Shown here piece after piece: positions 18,040 through 27,825 of a stretch of DNA of 64,000 bases. The DNA lies in NCBI GenBank assembly GCA_030427805.1, contig JAUICP010000003.1, positions 6,756-70,755 of the forward strand, written 5' to 3'. Below the pieces are notes generated by a model that made no database searches, had not been told where the DNA came from, and was given only the letters and a program-made list of their open reading frames with translations. The position numbers and the translations under genes are program-made. Origin of the DNA: Bdellovibrionia bacterium. GTDB taxonomy: Bacteria > Bdellovibrionota > Bdellovibrionia > Bdellovibrionales > JAGQZY01. Every line of letters begins with the position of its first letter. The stretch's first letter is position 1.

Positions 18040-19653
18040 ATGAAAGTTTTTTGCTCAATACTATCGATCGTTTTGTTTGCGAGTTTTTCCATAGCAGAAA
18101 CCAAACTGAGTGAAAATAAACAGCCAGAACAGAAGGTCAACTCACAGGCATACGGCCTTTATCGAGATAGCCAAACCGGTCGTTTCTTTTCTAATGGAAA
18201 CACCAACTTCTCTTTAAAGCCAAAGGGAAGTTCGACCTACTTAGAACGAATTGAAGTGAGCGTTGATAACGGCCCTTTCAAACCCTATGAAAACAATTTG
18301 AAGTTCGACGAAGAAGGCCCACATAAGATTCGCTTTCGCGCTGTCGACCCGGTCTTCAATTGGTCACCAATCCAAAACTTTTCTGTCATCGTCGATAAAA
18401 CCCCACCGACAACCCGATTTTCTTGGAAGGGACCTAAATTTGAAAACGACGGACAAACCTATATTAATCCTACATCAGAACTTTTCGTAACTGCCGATGA
18501 CAAACTTTCGGGTGTGTCTCACCATCTCTATCGAAGACCCGGAGATACCCCTGTAAAATTTAAACTTAAGAAGGCATTTAAAACTCCCGGGACTCACGAG
18601 TATGAATTTTCAAGCACGGACAACGTCGGCAATCTCTCTGCTTGGAAGACTCTTAAATTTGTCGTTGATTCCGAAGCCCCCACTTCGGAAGCCCGCGTTG
18701 AAGGGACTTTCTATAAAAAAGCTGAAAAATCCTATATTAATTATGGTTCAAAAGTGGTTCTCTCCTCAAAAGACAATGCTTCTGGAATTGAAACCATCGA
18801 ATATTCAATCAATGAAGGCCCTGCTCTGAAGTATTCAGATGCCTTTACTGTTGGAGAGTCTGTCGCTTCAATCAAGTACAGAGCTAAAGATCGCGTCGGA
18901 AATACTGAGGACTGGAAGACGATTAAGCTCTTCCAAGATGCCGATGCGCCGAAGGTAAAAATCACCTACAGCGGAACCTACGAAACGATCGCCGGAACCA
19001 TTTATGCTAAGCCCGGTTTTAAAATCTCAGCTCAGCTCTTTGACAATCAGAGTGGTATTAGCAAACAGTTTGTCTCAAAGGTTGATAGTAGTTACCAATC
19101 AACTGATTCTAGAGAGTTCAATTTCGATCAAGAAGGAAAGTATCGTTTCGAATACAAAGTGACTGATAACGTTGGCAATTCAAACGAAATTAATCCTATA
19201 AGCTTAATTATTGATGGAAAAGCTCCTGAGAGCAAGGTGACGAGTGCTGAGAAAATAGTAGAGCGTGATAATGTCTTCCTATCTGCAATTCCCAATCAAT
19301 TGGTGATTAGTAGCATGGATAAAGAATCAGGCGTTGATTATATCGAAGCCAGCTATGACGGAAAGAAGTTCTTTAAAGTTCTAGGCCCAATCGATCTAGC
19401 CACCTGGAAAAGTAAACAGAACACCGTTTACTACCGCGCCGTTGATAAAATAGGAAATCGCGAAGAGGTTAAAACAATGACGGTGAAGCTTCTCACTCAG
19501 GGGCCCGTTGTTGACCTATTTGTTGAAGGCGATGGGTCGACTCCAAATGTTCCGCTTTCACAGTTTTCTGACAAGAAAAAGGCGAATCGCGTTCCTGCCT
19601 CAAAGGCAAAGCCTGTGACGAATAAAAAGCCCGTAAGAAAGAAAAAGAAGTAA
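18040..19653 (+). CDS. Exported protein with OmpL47-like/Ig-like beta-sandwich repeats
   Basis: Signal peptide; about five repeats of D..SGV...Y.....YRA.D.VGN.E....VD..AP; basic C-terminal tail. Confidence 0.7.
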   Translation: MKVFCSILSIVLFASFSIAETKLSENKQPEQKVNSQAYGLYRDSQTGRFFSNGNTNFSLKPKGSSTYLERIEVSVDNGPFKPYENNLKFDEEGPHKIRFRAVDPVFNWSPIQNFSVIVDKTPPTTRFSWKGPKFENDGQTYINPTSELFVTADDKLSGVSHHLYRRPGDTPVKFKLKKAFKTPGTHEYEFSSTDNVGNLSAWKTLKFVVDSEAPTSEARVEGTFYKKAEKSYINYGSKVVLSSKDNASGIETIEYSINEGPALKYSDAFTVGESVASIKYRAKDRVGNTEDWKTIKLFQDADAPKVKITYSGTYETIAGTIYAKPGFKISAQLFDNQSGISKQFVSKVDSSYQSTDSREFNFDQEGKYRFEYKVTDNVGNSNEINPISLIIDGKAPESKVTSAEKIVERDNVFLSAIPNQLVISSMDKESGVDYIEASYDGKKFFKVLGPIDLATWKSKQNTVYYRAVDKIGNREEVKTMTVKLLTQGPVVDLFVEGDGSTPNVPLSQFSDKKKANRVPASKAKPVTNKKPVRKKKK

Positions 19654-19675
19654 AGAGAACGAAACAAGAGACTCA

Positions 19676-19945
19676 ATGAAGTTAGTTACCATTATACTTA
19701 GCATATTACTTTTCTCTACTTTGTCGCTTGCGCAGACGAAGAAGAAGAAAATTATCTATAAAAAGTATACGGAGCTCAATTTCTCGGGTGACACAGCCCA
19801 AGGTCAAGCGAGAACCCCTGAACTATTTTATATTTTTCAGAGAAAACGTTCTGAAGGGCATAAGGTATTGAGGGGACCTGCAAACTTTCAATACCATGTT
19901 CCTTGGACCCAGAAAGATTTACTGGAGGGCCTCCCCCTTGAGTAA
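19676..19945 (+). CDS. CglF/GltF-like small exported gliding-motility protein
   Basis: Signal peptide; IIYKKYTELNFSGDTAQGQARTPE resembles the GltF/CglF motif; directly precedes the gltG-like gene. Confidence 0.65.
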   Translation: MKLVTIILSILLFSTLSLAQTKKKKIIYKKYTELNFSGDTAQGQARTPELFYIFQRKRSEGHKVLRGPANFQYHVPWTQKDLLEGLPLE

Positions 19946-21677
19946 GAAAGTTGCCCTCTACCTAGAACATCCAAAAGGACAAGGACGAGAACTCTTAACC
20001 CTCGTCGAGAGTTCTCTATATATTGGACGGTCCAAAGAAGTCGATATTGTACTCGACGATATGAGATGCAATGGAATCCACGCCCTCATTGAGCGCGATG
20101 AAGAAAAAAAGCAAACACGCCTCATTGATTTAGGCAGCCACTTTGGTACCTATAGAAATCGTCGTAAGGTAAACGAAATCAGTCTGAAACCTGGTGACCG
20201 ATTTCAAATTGGCTCCAAAGTGATCTGCTACGATTTTGTGAAACGGCAAAGAAATCTCACCGATAACTTTCTCAATGACGAAAACGTTCGCAAGTCCAAT
20301 GAACCTGTAAAGGTTTTTGAGCCCGATCAAAGAGAGAAAAACCTTCTACAGGTCACTCACTTTTGGGGAGACACTCCATTTGAGATGAGGACTTTTAAAC
20401 CCGGTACTGACATCAGTGTCGGAGCGCAGAAGGCCGCTACTTTCAATATTTCCCTGCCCGGTGAACGACATATCAAAAAGCCTTGGAAGCTCAGTGAACT
20501 GACAAAAGGTGAACTTTTGTTGCACATTCCCCTTGAGGCCTCAGGTCTCATCTGGAAAAAGGACCAGGTCGAATCCATAGACACCCTCAGACATCGAGGC
20601 GACACAGGGAAAGAATTTGGTAGTGATTTAGATGTTATTATCGAACCCGGAGATCAGGCCTATATTCAATTGGGCGAAATGGGACTCAAATACGAATTTG
20701 TGGCAACTCCAGATAAAGTTGCACTATTTAGTCTCTCGAGCCTCGATAAAAGACTCCTCAAAGTGGGCGGCGCCCTACTCGTCTTTTGGTTACTATTTGC
20801 AGGTCTGATACAATTAATTCCAGACGATAAAAAAGAAAAGACTTTAGAAGATATACCGGAGCACATCCGTAAAGTCGTTTACAATGCTGGAATTGAAAAA
20901 GCACTTAAGAAGCAGAAATCTGCCATTGGACAAATTGCCCAACCCCTAGAAGGCGGTCGAGCCCGAGCCGAAGAGGGTGCCTCTAAAGCTCGTAAGTCAC
21001 CCAAGAAAGTAGTGGCCAAGAAAAAAACCGTAAAACGCGTGGTCCCCACCAAGAAAGTGGCGCAAAAACCAAAACAGGTTAAAGTCGACATTGTTTCGGC
21101 ATTTAAGCCAACATCTAAAAAAACTAAAACATCTCCGGATGCCCTCAAAGCAACAACCTCCCAATCTGGAAACACGGTTTCAGCCTTATCGACCAAGGGG
21201 TTTGCTCGGGGGACTTCAGGTCTCGGATCTGGTGGCGGTGGACAAAGTGTCGGCATTGGAGCCCTCAAAGGTCAATCCACCGGTGGTGGAATGGGAGCAG
21301 GAAATTTTGGTCTCGCCCCGAGTAAGGGTAAAACGATCGAGTTACCAGAAGAAGAAGAGGTCGTGATCCTAGGCGGACTCGACCCTGACGTCATAGCAGC
21401 GATTATCAAAAGATACCTAGCTCAGATTCAATACTGCTACGAACAGCAGCTTGTTATTAACCCCAAATTACAGGGGAAGGTTCTGGCCAGTTTCGTTATA
21501 AAAGGAAACGGTCTCATCGGAAAAGCAGAAATTATGCAATCCAGTCTCGGCAGTCCCGAGGCGGAACGTTGTATTACAGAAAAAATTATGAAATGGAAAT
21601 TTCCAAAGCCTCGCGGTGGTGGCTCCGTCGGGGTGAAATATCCATTTCTATTTATGTCAAATACTGGCAACAAATAA
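19938..21677 (+). CDS. GltG/PglI-like FHA + TM + AgmX/PglI (TonB_C-like) protein
   Basis: FHA (IGRS...HALI...DLGSHFGT); TM segment; Gly-rich linker; C-terminal GGLDPDVI...QIQYCYE...GKV...WKFPKPRGGG.V.YPF; GGAGG before TTG 19938. Confidence 0.85.
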   Translation: MSKKVALYLEHPKGQGRELLTLVESSLYIGRSKEVDIVLDDMRCNGIHALIERDEEKKQTRLIDLGSHFGTYRNRRKVNEISLKPGDRFQIGSKVICYDFVKRQRNLTDNFLNDENVRKSNEPVKVFEPDQREKNLLQVTHFWGDTPFEMRTFKPGTDISVGAQKAATFNISLPGERHIKKPWKLSELTKGELLLHIPLEASGLIWKKDQVESIDTLRHRGDTGKEFGSDLDVIIEPGDQAYIQLGEMGLKYEFVATPDKVALFSLSSLDKRLLKVGGALLVFWLLFAGLIQLIPDDKKEKTLEDIPEHIRKVVYNAGIEKALKKQKSAIGQIAQPLEGGRARAEEGASKARKSPKKVVAKKKTVKRVVPTKKVAQKPKQVKVDIVSAFKPTSKKTKTSPDALKATTSQSGNTVSALSTKGFARGTSGLGSGGGGQSVGIGALKGQSTGGGMGAGNFGLAPSKGKTIELPEEEEVVILGGLDPDVIAAIIKRYLAQIQYCYEQQLVINPKLQGKVLASFVIKGNGLIGKAEIMQSSLGSPEAERCITEKIMKWKFPKPRGGGSVGVKYPFLFMSNTGNK

Positions 21678-21689
21678 AAGGAGTTCATT

Positions 21690-22379
21690 GTGGAAACTTT
21701 AATTAACATGTGGGACGGCGGAGGATACTTTATGTATCCCATTGCAGCTCTTCTCATAGGATCATCTATTGTCATAGTGGAGAGAATGTATTCCATTCTT
21801 TTCGTCTATAATTTTAATGGCGCACAGCTAATGTCTAAAGTGCAACGATTTATTTTGGACAACAATATCGACGAGGCCATCAAAATTTGTAACACAAAGA
21901 AAAATTCGGCACTTCACAAAGTTTTCAAATCGGCCCTGATGAATGCAGATCGCCCTTTTGAAGAGGTTCAAGACCATGTAGAGGTTTCAACTCTTTCTGT
22001 TGTACCTAAATTACAACGGCGAATGCCTTACCTCTTTACAATTGCCAACGTCGCTACACTCGTCGGCCTTCTCGGAACTATTTTTGGTCTGATTCAGACC
22101 TTCGAAGCAGTTGCTGAAATCGAAGGAGCCGCAAAGCAACAGGCTCTCTCATCGGGGATTTCATTGGCAATGGGAACCACAGCATTTGGTCTCGTTGTTG
22201 CCATCCCCTGCATGCTTTCTTACGGTTATCTATTTAACCGGATTAACTCGATGGTCGATGAAATCGAACATTATTCGAGTGAGCTCTTACTTCTACTCAG
22301 AACGGGTAAAGACTATTTTGATCACTTCGAAGCAAGTGATGAAATCACAACTGACCAGACGCCACAAAAAGCTGGTTAA
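21690..22379 (+). CDS. MotA/TolQ/ExbB proton channel (AglR-like)
   Basis: ATLVGLLGTIFGLI, GISLAMGTTAFGLVVAIP. Confidence 0.9.
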   Translation: METLINMWDGGGYFMYPIAALLIGSSIVIVERMYSILFVYNFNGAQLMSKVQRFILDNNIDEAIKICNTKKNSALHKVFKSALMNADRPFEEVQDHVEVSTLSVVPKLQRRMPYLFTIANVATLVGLLGTIFGLIQTFEAVAEIEGAAKQQALSSGISLAMGTTAFGLVVAIPCMLSYGYLFNRINSMVDEIEHYSSELLLLLRTGKDYFDHFEASDEITTDQTPQKAG

Positions 22380-22396
22380 TAAAGAGGTAAAGTTTT

Positions 22397-23002
22397 ATGT
22401 TACGCAAGAATAAGAGAAAAAAGAGATTTGAACTCCCCAACGGTGAAGTCAATGTTATTTCGCTGATGGATATTCTTACCACAATGCTCTTCTTTCTTCT
22501 CGTTCTTGCTAGCTTCGCCAACCTCAGTGTTGTTAAGTCCAAATCCCTTGTGCAGGGAGAGCCCGATGAAGAGCCTAAACCCACGTTCGCTTTAGAAATA
22601 AAGGTTCTCGATGATAAAAGGGCTGAACTCTTCTTAGGACCCATAGATAAAATCGACGTTTACGGTCGAAAAAACTTTGAAGCTTACTTACGAAAGCGAT
22701 TTAAAGGAAACCCGAAAATAGGCTATACACGAACTCTGGCTTCAGCCAACCCAGAGAGACTTCGAAGCTGGATTCAGAAAATTTTAATGAAAATCAAAGT
22801 CGGATTCCCATTTGAAAACAAAGTCGTTATTTCATTTTCTGATAACATCGACTACCAAAACATGATTAATACTATCACTATGGCTCGTAGCATTTCGGAA
22901 GAAGAAGAGGCCATCGAAGTTCTTTCGCAAAATGGCCGCATGGAAAACTCTAGAGTTCTTTTTCCACAGGTCATTGTTGCCGAAGTTCAGGGAGGTAGCT
23001 AG
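22397..23002 (+). CDS. ExbD/TolR-family protein (AglQ/S-like)
   Basis: VNVISLMDILTTMLFFLL TM with the conserved Asp. Confidence 0.85.
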   Translation: MLRKNKRKKRFELPNGEVNVISLMDILTTMLFFLLVLASFANLSVVKSKSLVQGEPDEEPKPTFALEIKVLDDKRAELFLGPIDKIDVYGRKNFEAYLRKRFKGNPKIGYTRTLASANPERLRSWIQKILMKIKVGFPFENKVVISFSDNIDYQNMINTITMARSISEEEEAIEVLSQNGRMENSRVLFPQVIVAEVQGGS

Positions 23003-23517
23003 TGGCTCTCAGACGTCGTAAACGCAATAAAAAAGTCAATCTACCGGAACTCAATGTTAATATTACTGCACTTCTGGATGTACTCACGGTCCTCCTCTTT
23101 TTCTTGGTAAAGAGTTTTACGACATCTTCAATTTCAATCGTACCACCAGAGAACCTGCGACTCCCCGCCTCGATCGTTAAAGAGGACGTGGAAGAATCAA
23201 TGAATGTTATTCTCGCCCAAGACAAGTTAATTGTTGGCGATCAAAGCCTTCTCAATTTGAAAAATAGAAACTTCGACCCCAAAGACATTGGCGGTGACGA
23301 ACGTACGATTTTAAAGTTGAAAGAGTTTCTAGATAAAGAGTACGAAAAGAAAACCCGTATTTTTAGGAATGCGGGCGATCTCGAACTTCTCCCTCCCGGA
23401 AAAATTACCATCATCTCAGATAAGAGGTTGAAATTCTCTGCGGTAAAGAAACTCCTTTTTACCGCCGCTCAATCGGGGTATACCGATTACCAATTCGTTG
23501 TTGAAAAAACGAACTAA
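23002..23517 (+). CDS. ExbD/TolR-family protein (AglQ/S-like)
   Basis: LNITALLDVLTVLLFFLVKSF; C-terminal ISDKRLKF..VKKLLFTAAQSGY. Confidence 0.9.
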   Translation: MALRRRKRNKKVNLPELNVNITALLDVLTVLLFFLVKSFTTSSISIVPPENLRLPASIVKEDVEESMNVILAQDKLIVGDQSLLNLKNRNFDPKDIGGDERTILKLKEFLDKEYEKKTRIFRNAGDLELLPPGKITIISDKRLKFSAVKKLLFTAAQSGYTDYQFVVEKTN

Positions 23518-23538
23518 GACTCTCGTAAGAGTTTAGAC

Positions 23539-24501
23539 TCAAAGAAATCGAACGCCCATAAGAGCACTAATGCCGACATTACTGAATTTAACGCCATAGG
23601 GACCGCCGCCTATTTCACTCCCCATGAAGTACTGAAATTCTATAAAATAGGGGGTGCCATCTAAGCCAGCTTTTCTCTCGACCACTAATCCAAGGCGCAA
23701 CTGAAAGTCTTTAATATTTTTTAATACGTCTGGACTCGCTTCAGCCTCAAAGGTAATTCCACCGATATCTGCTTTAAATTTGTCGCTCAAGGGTTCCGCG
23801 TAGGAATACCCCAACTTTAATCCAAGGCTCAATTTATCGGAAAGTGAAATGGGATAGATAAGGTCTCCAGAAAGAATTAAGTATTCAACATTAGATCCAC
23901 CTTTAAAATCCTCTTCATCCACTTCGTAACCCTGTTGGCTATAGGACAAAAGAATATCAAAACCAATTTTTTTAAAAGAGAAACCATAACCTAAACCGAC
24001 ATTTAATCCTTGAGTATATTTGGTGCTTTTTGCCAGTTCTGAGTCGCCACCGAGTTTGGTAAGATTAACACCGATCAGGGCAATAGCTCCCTTTTTAGTC
24101 GAACTCCGAGTTTCTACCTTTTTAACAATCTGCTGCTGCCTTCTCTTTTTCTTCTTTTTCTTTTTCAGACGTTTAATAATTTTCTCGGACTTTACGCGCA
24201 CGAGTTTGTGAGAAAGATTAACTTTACCCTTGAGAACCTTCGCTTCGGCCAGCTCCCCTCGCACTTGAGTGACCTCGATAACTCCACGGACTTTATTATT
24301 GGAACTCACGGTGAACATGATTTCACCTTTGCGCAAAAGCCACTGATTAGCGCGAATAACAACAACTCCCTGGGGGTATACTTCGTACACGTCCGCAGGC
24401 TTGACACGTTCTTTGACGACGACCGTCTCGCCTTGGATCCCTTGAGCCTGGAGCTGCAAAGTAAAAAAAGAAAAGATGACTAAAACTAAGAGGTATCTCA
24501 C
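23539..24501 (-). CDS. Outer-membrane beta-barrel protein with N-terminal beta domain
   Basis: Signal peptide; alternating beta strands (GLNVGLGYGF, LSYSQQG); C-terminal MGVRFL; poly-Lys linker. Confidence 0.7.
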   Translation of the reverse strand: MRYLLVLVIFSFFTLQLQAQGIQGETVVVKERVKPADVYEVYPQGVVVIRANQWLLRKGEIMFTVSSNNKVRGVIEVTQVRGELAEAKVLKGKVNLSHKLVRVKSEKIIKRLKKKKKKKRRQQQIVKKVETRSSTKKGAIALIGVNLTKLGGDSELAKSTKYTQGLNVGLGYGFSFKKIGFDILLSYSQQGYEVDEEDFKGGSNVEYLILSGDLIYPISLSDKLSLGLKLGYSYAEPLSDKFKADIGGITFEAEASPDVLKNIKDFQLRLGLVVERKAGLDGTPYFIEFQYFMGSEIGGGPYGVKFSNVGISALMGVRFL

Positions 24502-24540
24502 TGCCTTTAGGATACCTACTCACTGGCTAATTTGCATTGA

Positions 24541-24571
24541 GAAAATAGCCCCCTCTCTAGAGGCTATTTTC
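24541..24571 (-). terminator. Intrinsic terminator (possibly bidirectional)
   Basis: GAAAATAGCC...GGCTATTTTC perfect stem downstream of the ars-associated genes. Confidence 0.65.
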
Positions 24572-24588
24572 AGTGGTAACGCGGCGGA

Positions 24589-24924
24589 TTATATCGCGCC
24601 ATTCTTTTTTAGGTGTTTTTGCATTTGAGTCGCGTGAACGAGATCAATCCCCGCTGATAGTGCTGCAGAAACATGGATGGCCTCAGTCATTTGTTCCGGA
24701 TCGGCCCCATTTTGTAAACACGACTCTGTATAGGCTTCGATGCAATAGGGGCATTGTTTCGAGTGGGCCAAAGCCAAAGCAATTAAAGATTTCTCTCTTT
24801 TTGTAAGAGCACCATCTTCACCCGTGGCCGCATTGTAATAACTAAAAAATTTTTCAGCTAAGGGACCAGCAAATTCACCAATCTTAGCAAAGTTCTTCAA
24901 ATCTTGTTCTTCAAAATAAGCCAT
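24589..24924 (-). CDS. AhpD/CMD-like protein associated with ArsS
   Basis: ALTKREKSLIALALAHSKQCPYCI; follows the radical-SAM gene; GGAGGA RBS before ATG 24924. Confidence 0.85.
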   Translation of the reverse strand: MAYFEEQDLKNFAKIGEFAGPLAEKFFSYYNAATGEDGALTKREKSLIALALAHSKQCPYCIEAYTESCLQNGADPEQMTEAIHVSAALSAGIDLVHATQMQKHLKKNGAI

Positions 24925-24944
24925 AACGTCCTCCCCGTCTTTTG

Positions 24945-25919
24945 TTATGCAGTGGCTCCACCACAACTACTGCCCGCACCGGCTGTACAACCCAGACAAT
25001 GCTGAGCAAATACAATATTTCGGTTCATTAGTTTTTCATAATTAAAATCATCAATCGATCGAATCTCAGACTGAACGGGCATCTCGAGCATCTGGTTAAA
25101 ATCGCAATCGAAAATACCACCATCATAGGCCACACTCACCATGGTCCGGCACATAACTCCTTCGGCAGCAGCGGGGTTAAAAGCAGACCAAAGTTTTTCG
25201 AGATACTCCTCGTACTGCTCTTTTCGTATGAGATCTTGTTTGAAGCGATGTATTGGCATATTCGTTATCACAAATAGGCCGTTAAAGTCGATATCGAAAT
25301 TGGATTTCAGCTCTCTCTTATATTCATTTTCTAGACTCAATTGATCCGCTGGCAAATAGGGGCCGACAGGGTTGTATACCAAATTGAGCGGTAAATCAGG
25401 TTGCCGTCCAAAACCCAAGCTATTGAGTCGCTGCAAGCTTTCTATACTCTTTTTGAAGACGCCGGAGCCCCGTTGACGGTCGGTCAAATACTCTCGGTAA
25501 TAGGGCAATGACGAAACGATCTGCACTTGGTTCTCTTTGAAAAACTCAGGCAAATACTCCATGGACTCTTTTGTTATGGGGTGAGGCTCCAGGGTGACCG
25601 TCAAATTGTGACGGACCATGACCTGCTTTCCGAGCTCTCTCGCTCCTGACACAAGCTTCTTAAACTGCGGATGAAGCTCAGGAGCACCACCAGTAATATC
25701 CAGAGTTTCAATCTGAGAATACTCTCGAAGAATATGGAGCACTTTATCAATATGCTCGTCCGACATCATCTCCCGACGTTTCGGTGAAGAGTCAACGTGA
25801 CAATGCCTACAGGCCTGATTACAGAGCTTTGTTATATTAACCTGAAAGGTGCTGATATTAAGTGGCGCTAAATCGAGATGGGATTCTTTTAACTTCTGAG
25901 TAAAACTGAAATTTTTCAT
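24945..25919 (-). CDS. arsS: ArsS-like arsenosugar-biosynthesis radical SAM protein (Cys-rich C-terminus)
   Basis: CNQACRHCHV, DITGGAPELHP, LVYNP, TNMPI, MCR...DCDFNQML, HCLGCTAGAGSSCGG. Confidence 0.85.
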   Translation of the reverse strand: MKNFSFTQKLKESHLDLAPLNISTFQVNITKLCNQACRHCHVDSSPKRREMMSDEHIDKVLHILREYSQIETLDITGGAPELHPQFKKLVSGARELGKQVMVRHNLTVTLEPHPITKESMEYLPEFFKENQVQIVSSLPYYREYLTDRQRGSGVFKKSIESLQRLNSLGFGRQPDLPLNLVYNPVGPYLPADQLSLENEYKRELKSNFDIDFNGLFVITNMPIHRFKQDLIRKEQYEEYLEKLWSAFNPAAAEGVMCRTMVSVAYDGGIFDCDFNQMLEMPVQSEIRSIDDFNYEKLMNRNIVFAQHCLGCTAGAGSSCGGATA

Positions 25920-26002
25920 AGACGACAGATTGGCAAAGCTCAAACTAAGACACAAGTAAAAACCTCCATTGACCAGGTGCCCGCAAAATGCTCTCATGGG
26001 CT

Positions 26003-26713
26003 ATGGAAAAGGCTCCTAAACTATCTATTGTCATTCCAATCGGCCCCTCTGAAGAGGATCTCCTGCATTTGAATTCTTGGATTCAAAAGTCGGAGCCCCA
26101 TTGGGAGTGGATTATTTCGGCAGTGGATGGGGCTAAAAACCAAGACTTCATTGAGAATCAGCTCGATGCTCGTTTCAAGAAAATCTTTACCCAATCGGGG
26201 CGAGCCAAACAGCTCAACGAGGGCGCTAAACGGGCCCGGGGAGATTTTATCTGGTTTCTCCATTGCGATTCTGAATGGAATGATTCGGCCATCAAAAGCA
26301 TTAAAAAATGCCTCAATAGAAACGAAGACTGCATTTACTTTTTTAGACTCCAATTCAAAGGCAAACGACCCTTGTGGATGTTCCTCAATGAATGGGGGGT
26401 TCGAATTCGCTCTGAATATTTGCGGATTCCCTTTGGTGATCAGGGGTTTTTGATGCCGCAAAAACTGTTTTGGTCCCTGGGCGGCTATGATGAAAATGCC
26501 GAATATGGAGAGGACCATCTGTTTATCTGGCAGGCCCACAAAATGGGAATTCCAGTCCGCCCCACTTTTAAGAAACTGCGTACAAGTGCGCGAAAGTACC
26601 AAGATCTCGGCTGGTCCCAAGTCACTAAAAGGCATCTTTCACTGACTTGGCAACAGGCCAAACCCGAAATTCATGACTATTTAGCCACAAAGATTTACAA
26701 GCTCCCCTTCTAA
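26003..26713 (+). CDS. GT2 glycosyltransferase (ArsS-associated type)
   Basis: LSIVIP, GRAKQLNEGA, FLHCDS, PFGDQG, GED, TSARKY. Confidence 0.85.
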   Translation: MEKAPKLSIVIPIGPSEEDLLHLNSWIQKSEPHWEWIISAVDGAKNQDFIENQLDARFKKIFTQSGRAKQLNEGAKRARGDFIWFLHCDSEWNDSAIKSIKKCLNRNEDCIYFFRLQFKGKRPLWMFLNEWGVRIRSEYLRIPFGDQGFLMPQKLFWSLGGYDENAEYGEDHLFIWQAHKMGIPVRPTFKKLRTSARKYQDLGWSQVTKRHLSLTWQQAKPEIHDYLATKIYKLPF

Positions 26714-26727
26714 TTGGAAATTCACCA

Positions 26728-27417
26728 ATGACCTATCCCTTTGATCAAAAACTTGCCATTGCCGTCTTTGTCAAAACCCCAGGAATGAGCCCGGCAAAAA
26801 CCCGTCTCGGAAAAAGTATCGGACAAGAGAACGCCGAAGAGTTTTACCTGCATTGTTTAAATATTCTCGATCAACGCTTGATCGACTTTAAAACTCAATT
26901 TTCTAGCACCATCGAAGTCTATTGGTCCGTCGCTGAAGAAGAGGGCTTAGATGCCCCCATTTGGCAAAATCACTTGCGAATTTTTCAAGGCGCGGGAACC
27001 CTCGGACAGAAACTTTTTAGCACACAAGAGCAGCTTTTTTTGCGACACAAGAAAATCGCTTTTATTGGCGCCGACCTGCCGCAAATCCCTCTCGATCCAC
27101 TTTTAGAATTTGCGCAAAATTCTTCAAAAAACACGATTCAGTACGGCCCAAGTCAAGATGGGGGCTTTTATCTCTATATGTCGGATCGTTCATTTTCAAA
27201 AAACGTTTGGGAAAACGTTGAGTACAGTAGTGAGCAAACACTTAAGCAGTTACGAGAACAGATGATTCAAGAAGATCCCTCAATCGAGGAGCAAAACCTT
27301 CTGCCCATATTCCAAGATGTTGACGAAATCTCTGATCTAAAAAAACTTAAAACGAACTCTAAAATTGACTCTCCCGATTACAAAAGTCTCCGAATTTTTC
27401 TCGATCAGATCGTTTAG
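26728..27417 (+). CDS. DUF2064/CofC-like transferase (ArsS-associated type)
   Basis: FVKTPG..AKTRL, QG.GTLG, IGADLP, GPSQDGGFYL, DVDEISDL. Confidence 0.85.
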   Translation: MTYPFDQKLAIAVFVKTPGMSPAKTRLGKSIGQENAEEFYLHCLNILDQRLIDFKTQFSSTIEVYWSVAEEEGLDAPIWQNHLRIFQGAGTLGQKLFSTQEQLFLRHKKIAFIGADLPQIPLDPLLEFAQNSSKNTIQYGPSQDGGFYLYMSDRSFSKNVWENVEYSSEQTLKQLREQMIQEDPSIEEQNLLPIFQDVDEISDLKKLKTNSKIDSPDYKSLRIFLDQIV

Positions 27418-27564
27418 ATTCCCATGAATTGGTTTCATTTCGGCACCAAAATAATGGATTCTATTGACCTTTCTTGCGGCATTAACGGCTGATTTTGTCA
27501 CAACCAGCAAGTGCCTCTTATTGTTAAACTTGTCTATTGACTGATCATTCGCATTCTAAAGAAA

Positions 27565-27694
27565 TTACACCATGGCACACTCACTGCACAGTCAAGAAAC
27601 AGCTAGCAGATCTTCCCTCCCGTGGATGAGAACTAGCGGCCCTTGTCGCGCTCCCCTTCCCCCCCTGGGTCTTTGCGAGGCAGGGGTTTTTTTT
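27565..27694 (+). ncRNA. Candidate small RNA (unassigned)
   Basis: In a ~400-nt intergenic region: -35-like TTGTCT/TTGACT upstream, a GCTAG...CTAGC stem with C-rich loop, and a strong terminator. Confidence 0.3.
27662..27694 (+). terminator. Intrinsic terminator
   Basis: CCCCTG...CAGGGG followed by T8. Confidence 0.65.
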
Positions 27695-27825
27695 GCTCTG
27701 ATTAGCTTATTTTCAAAATTTACTCCTCCCCGACCAAACCCTCCCATTTTATGAATCCGTAAATTCTCTTCGCTAGTGATGACAGAGCCAACTGACTTTG
27801 TAAGACTCTTATGTAGGAGTGATCA

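Noticed and set aside
24945-25000. Selenocysteine recoding at the ArsS C-terminus
   Set aside because: The SSCGG Cys is encoded by TGT and the ORF ends normally at TAA.
26021-26635. 204-aa antisense ORF (and other short ORFs overlapping long genes)
   Set aside because: Shadow frames of well-supported genes with no recognisable motifs.
27572-27754. 60-aa ORF upstream of ampG
   Set aside because: It runs through a strong terminator, has no RBS and has atypical composition.
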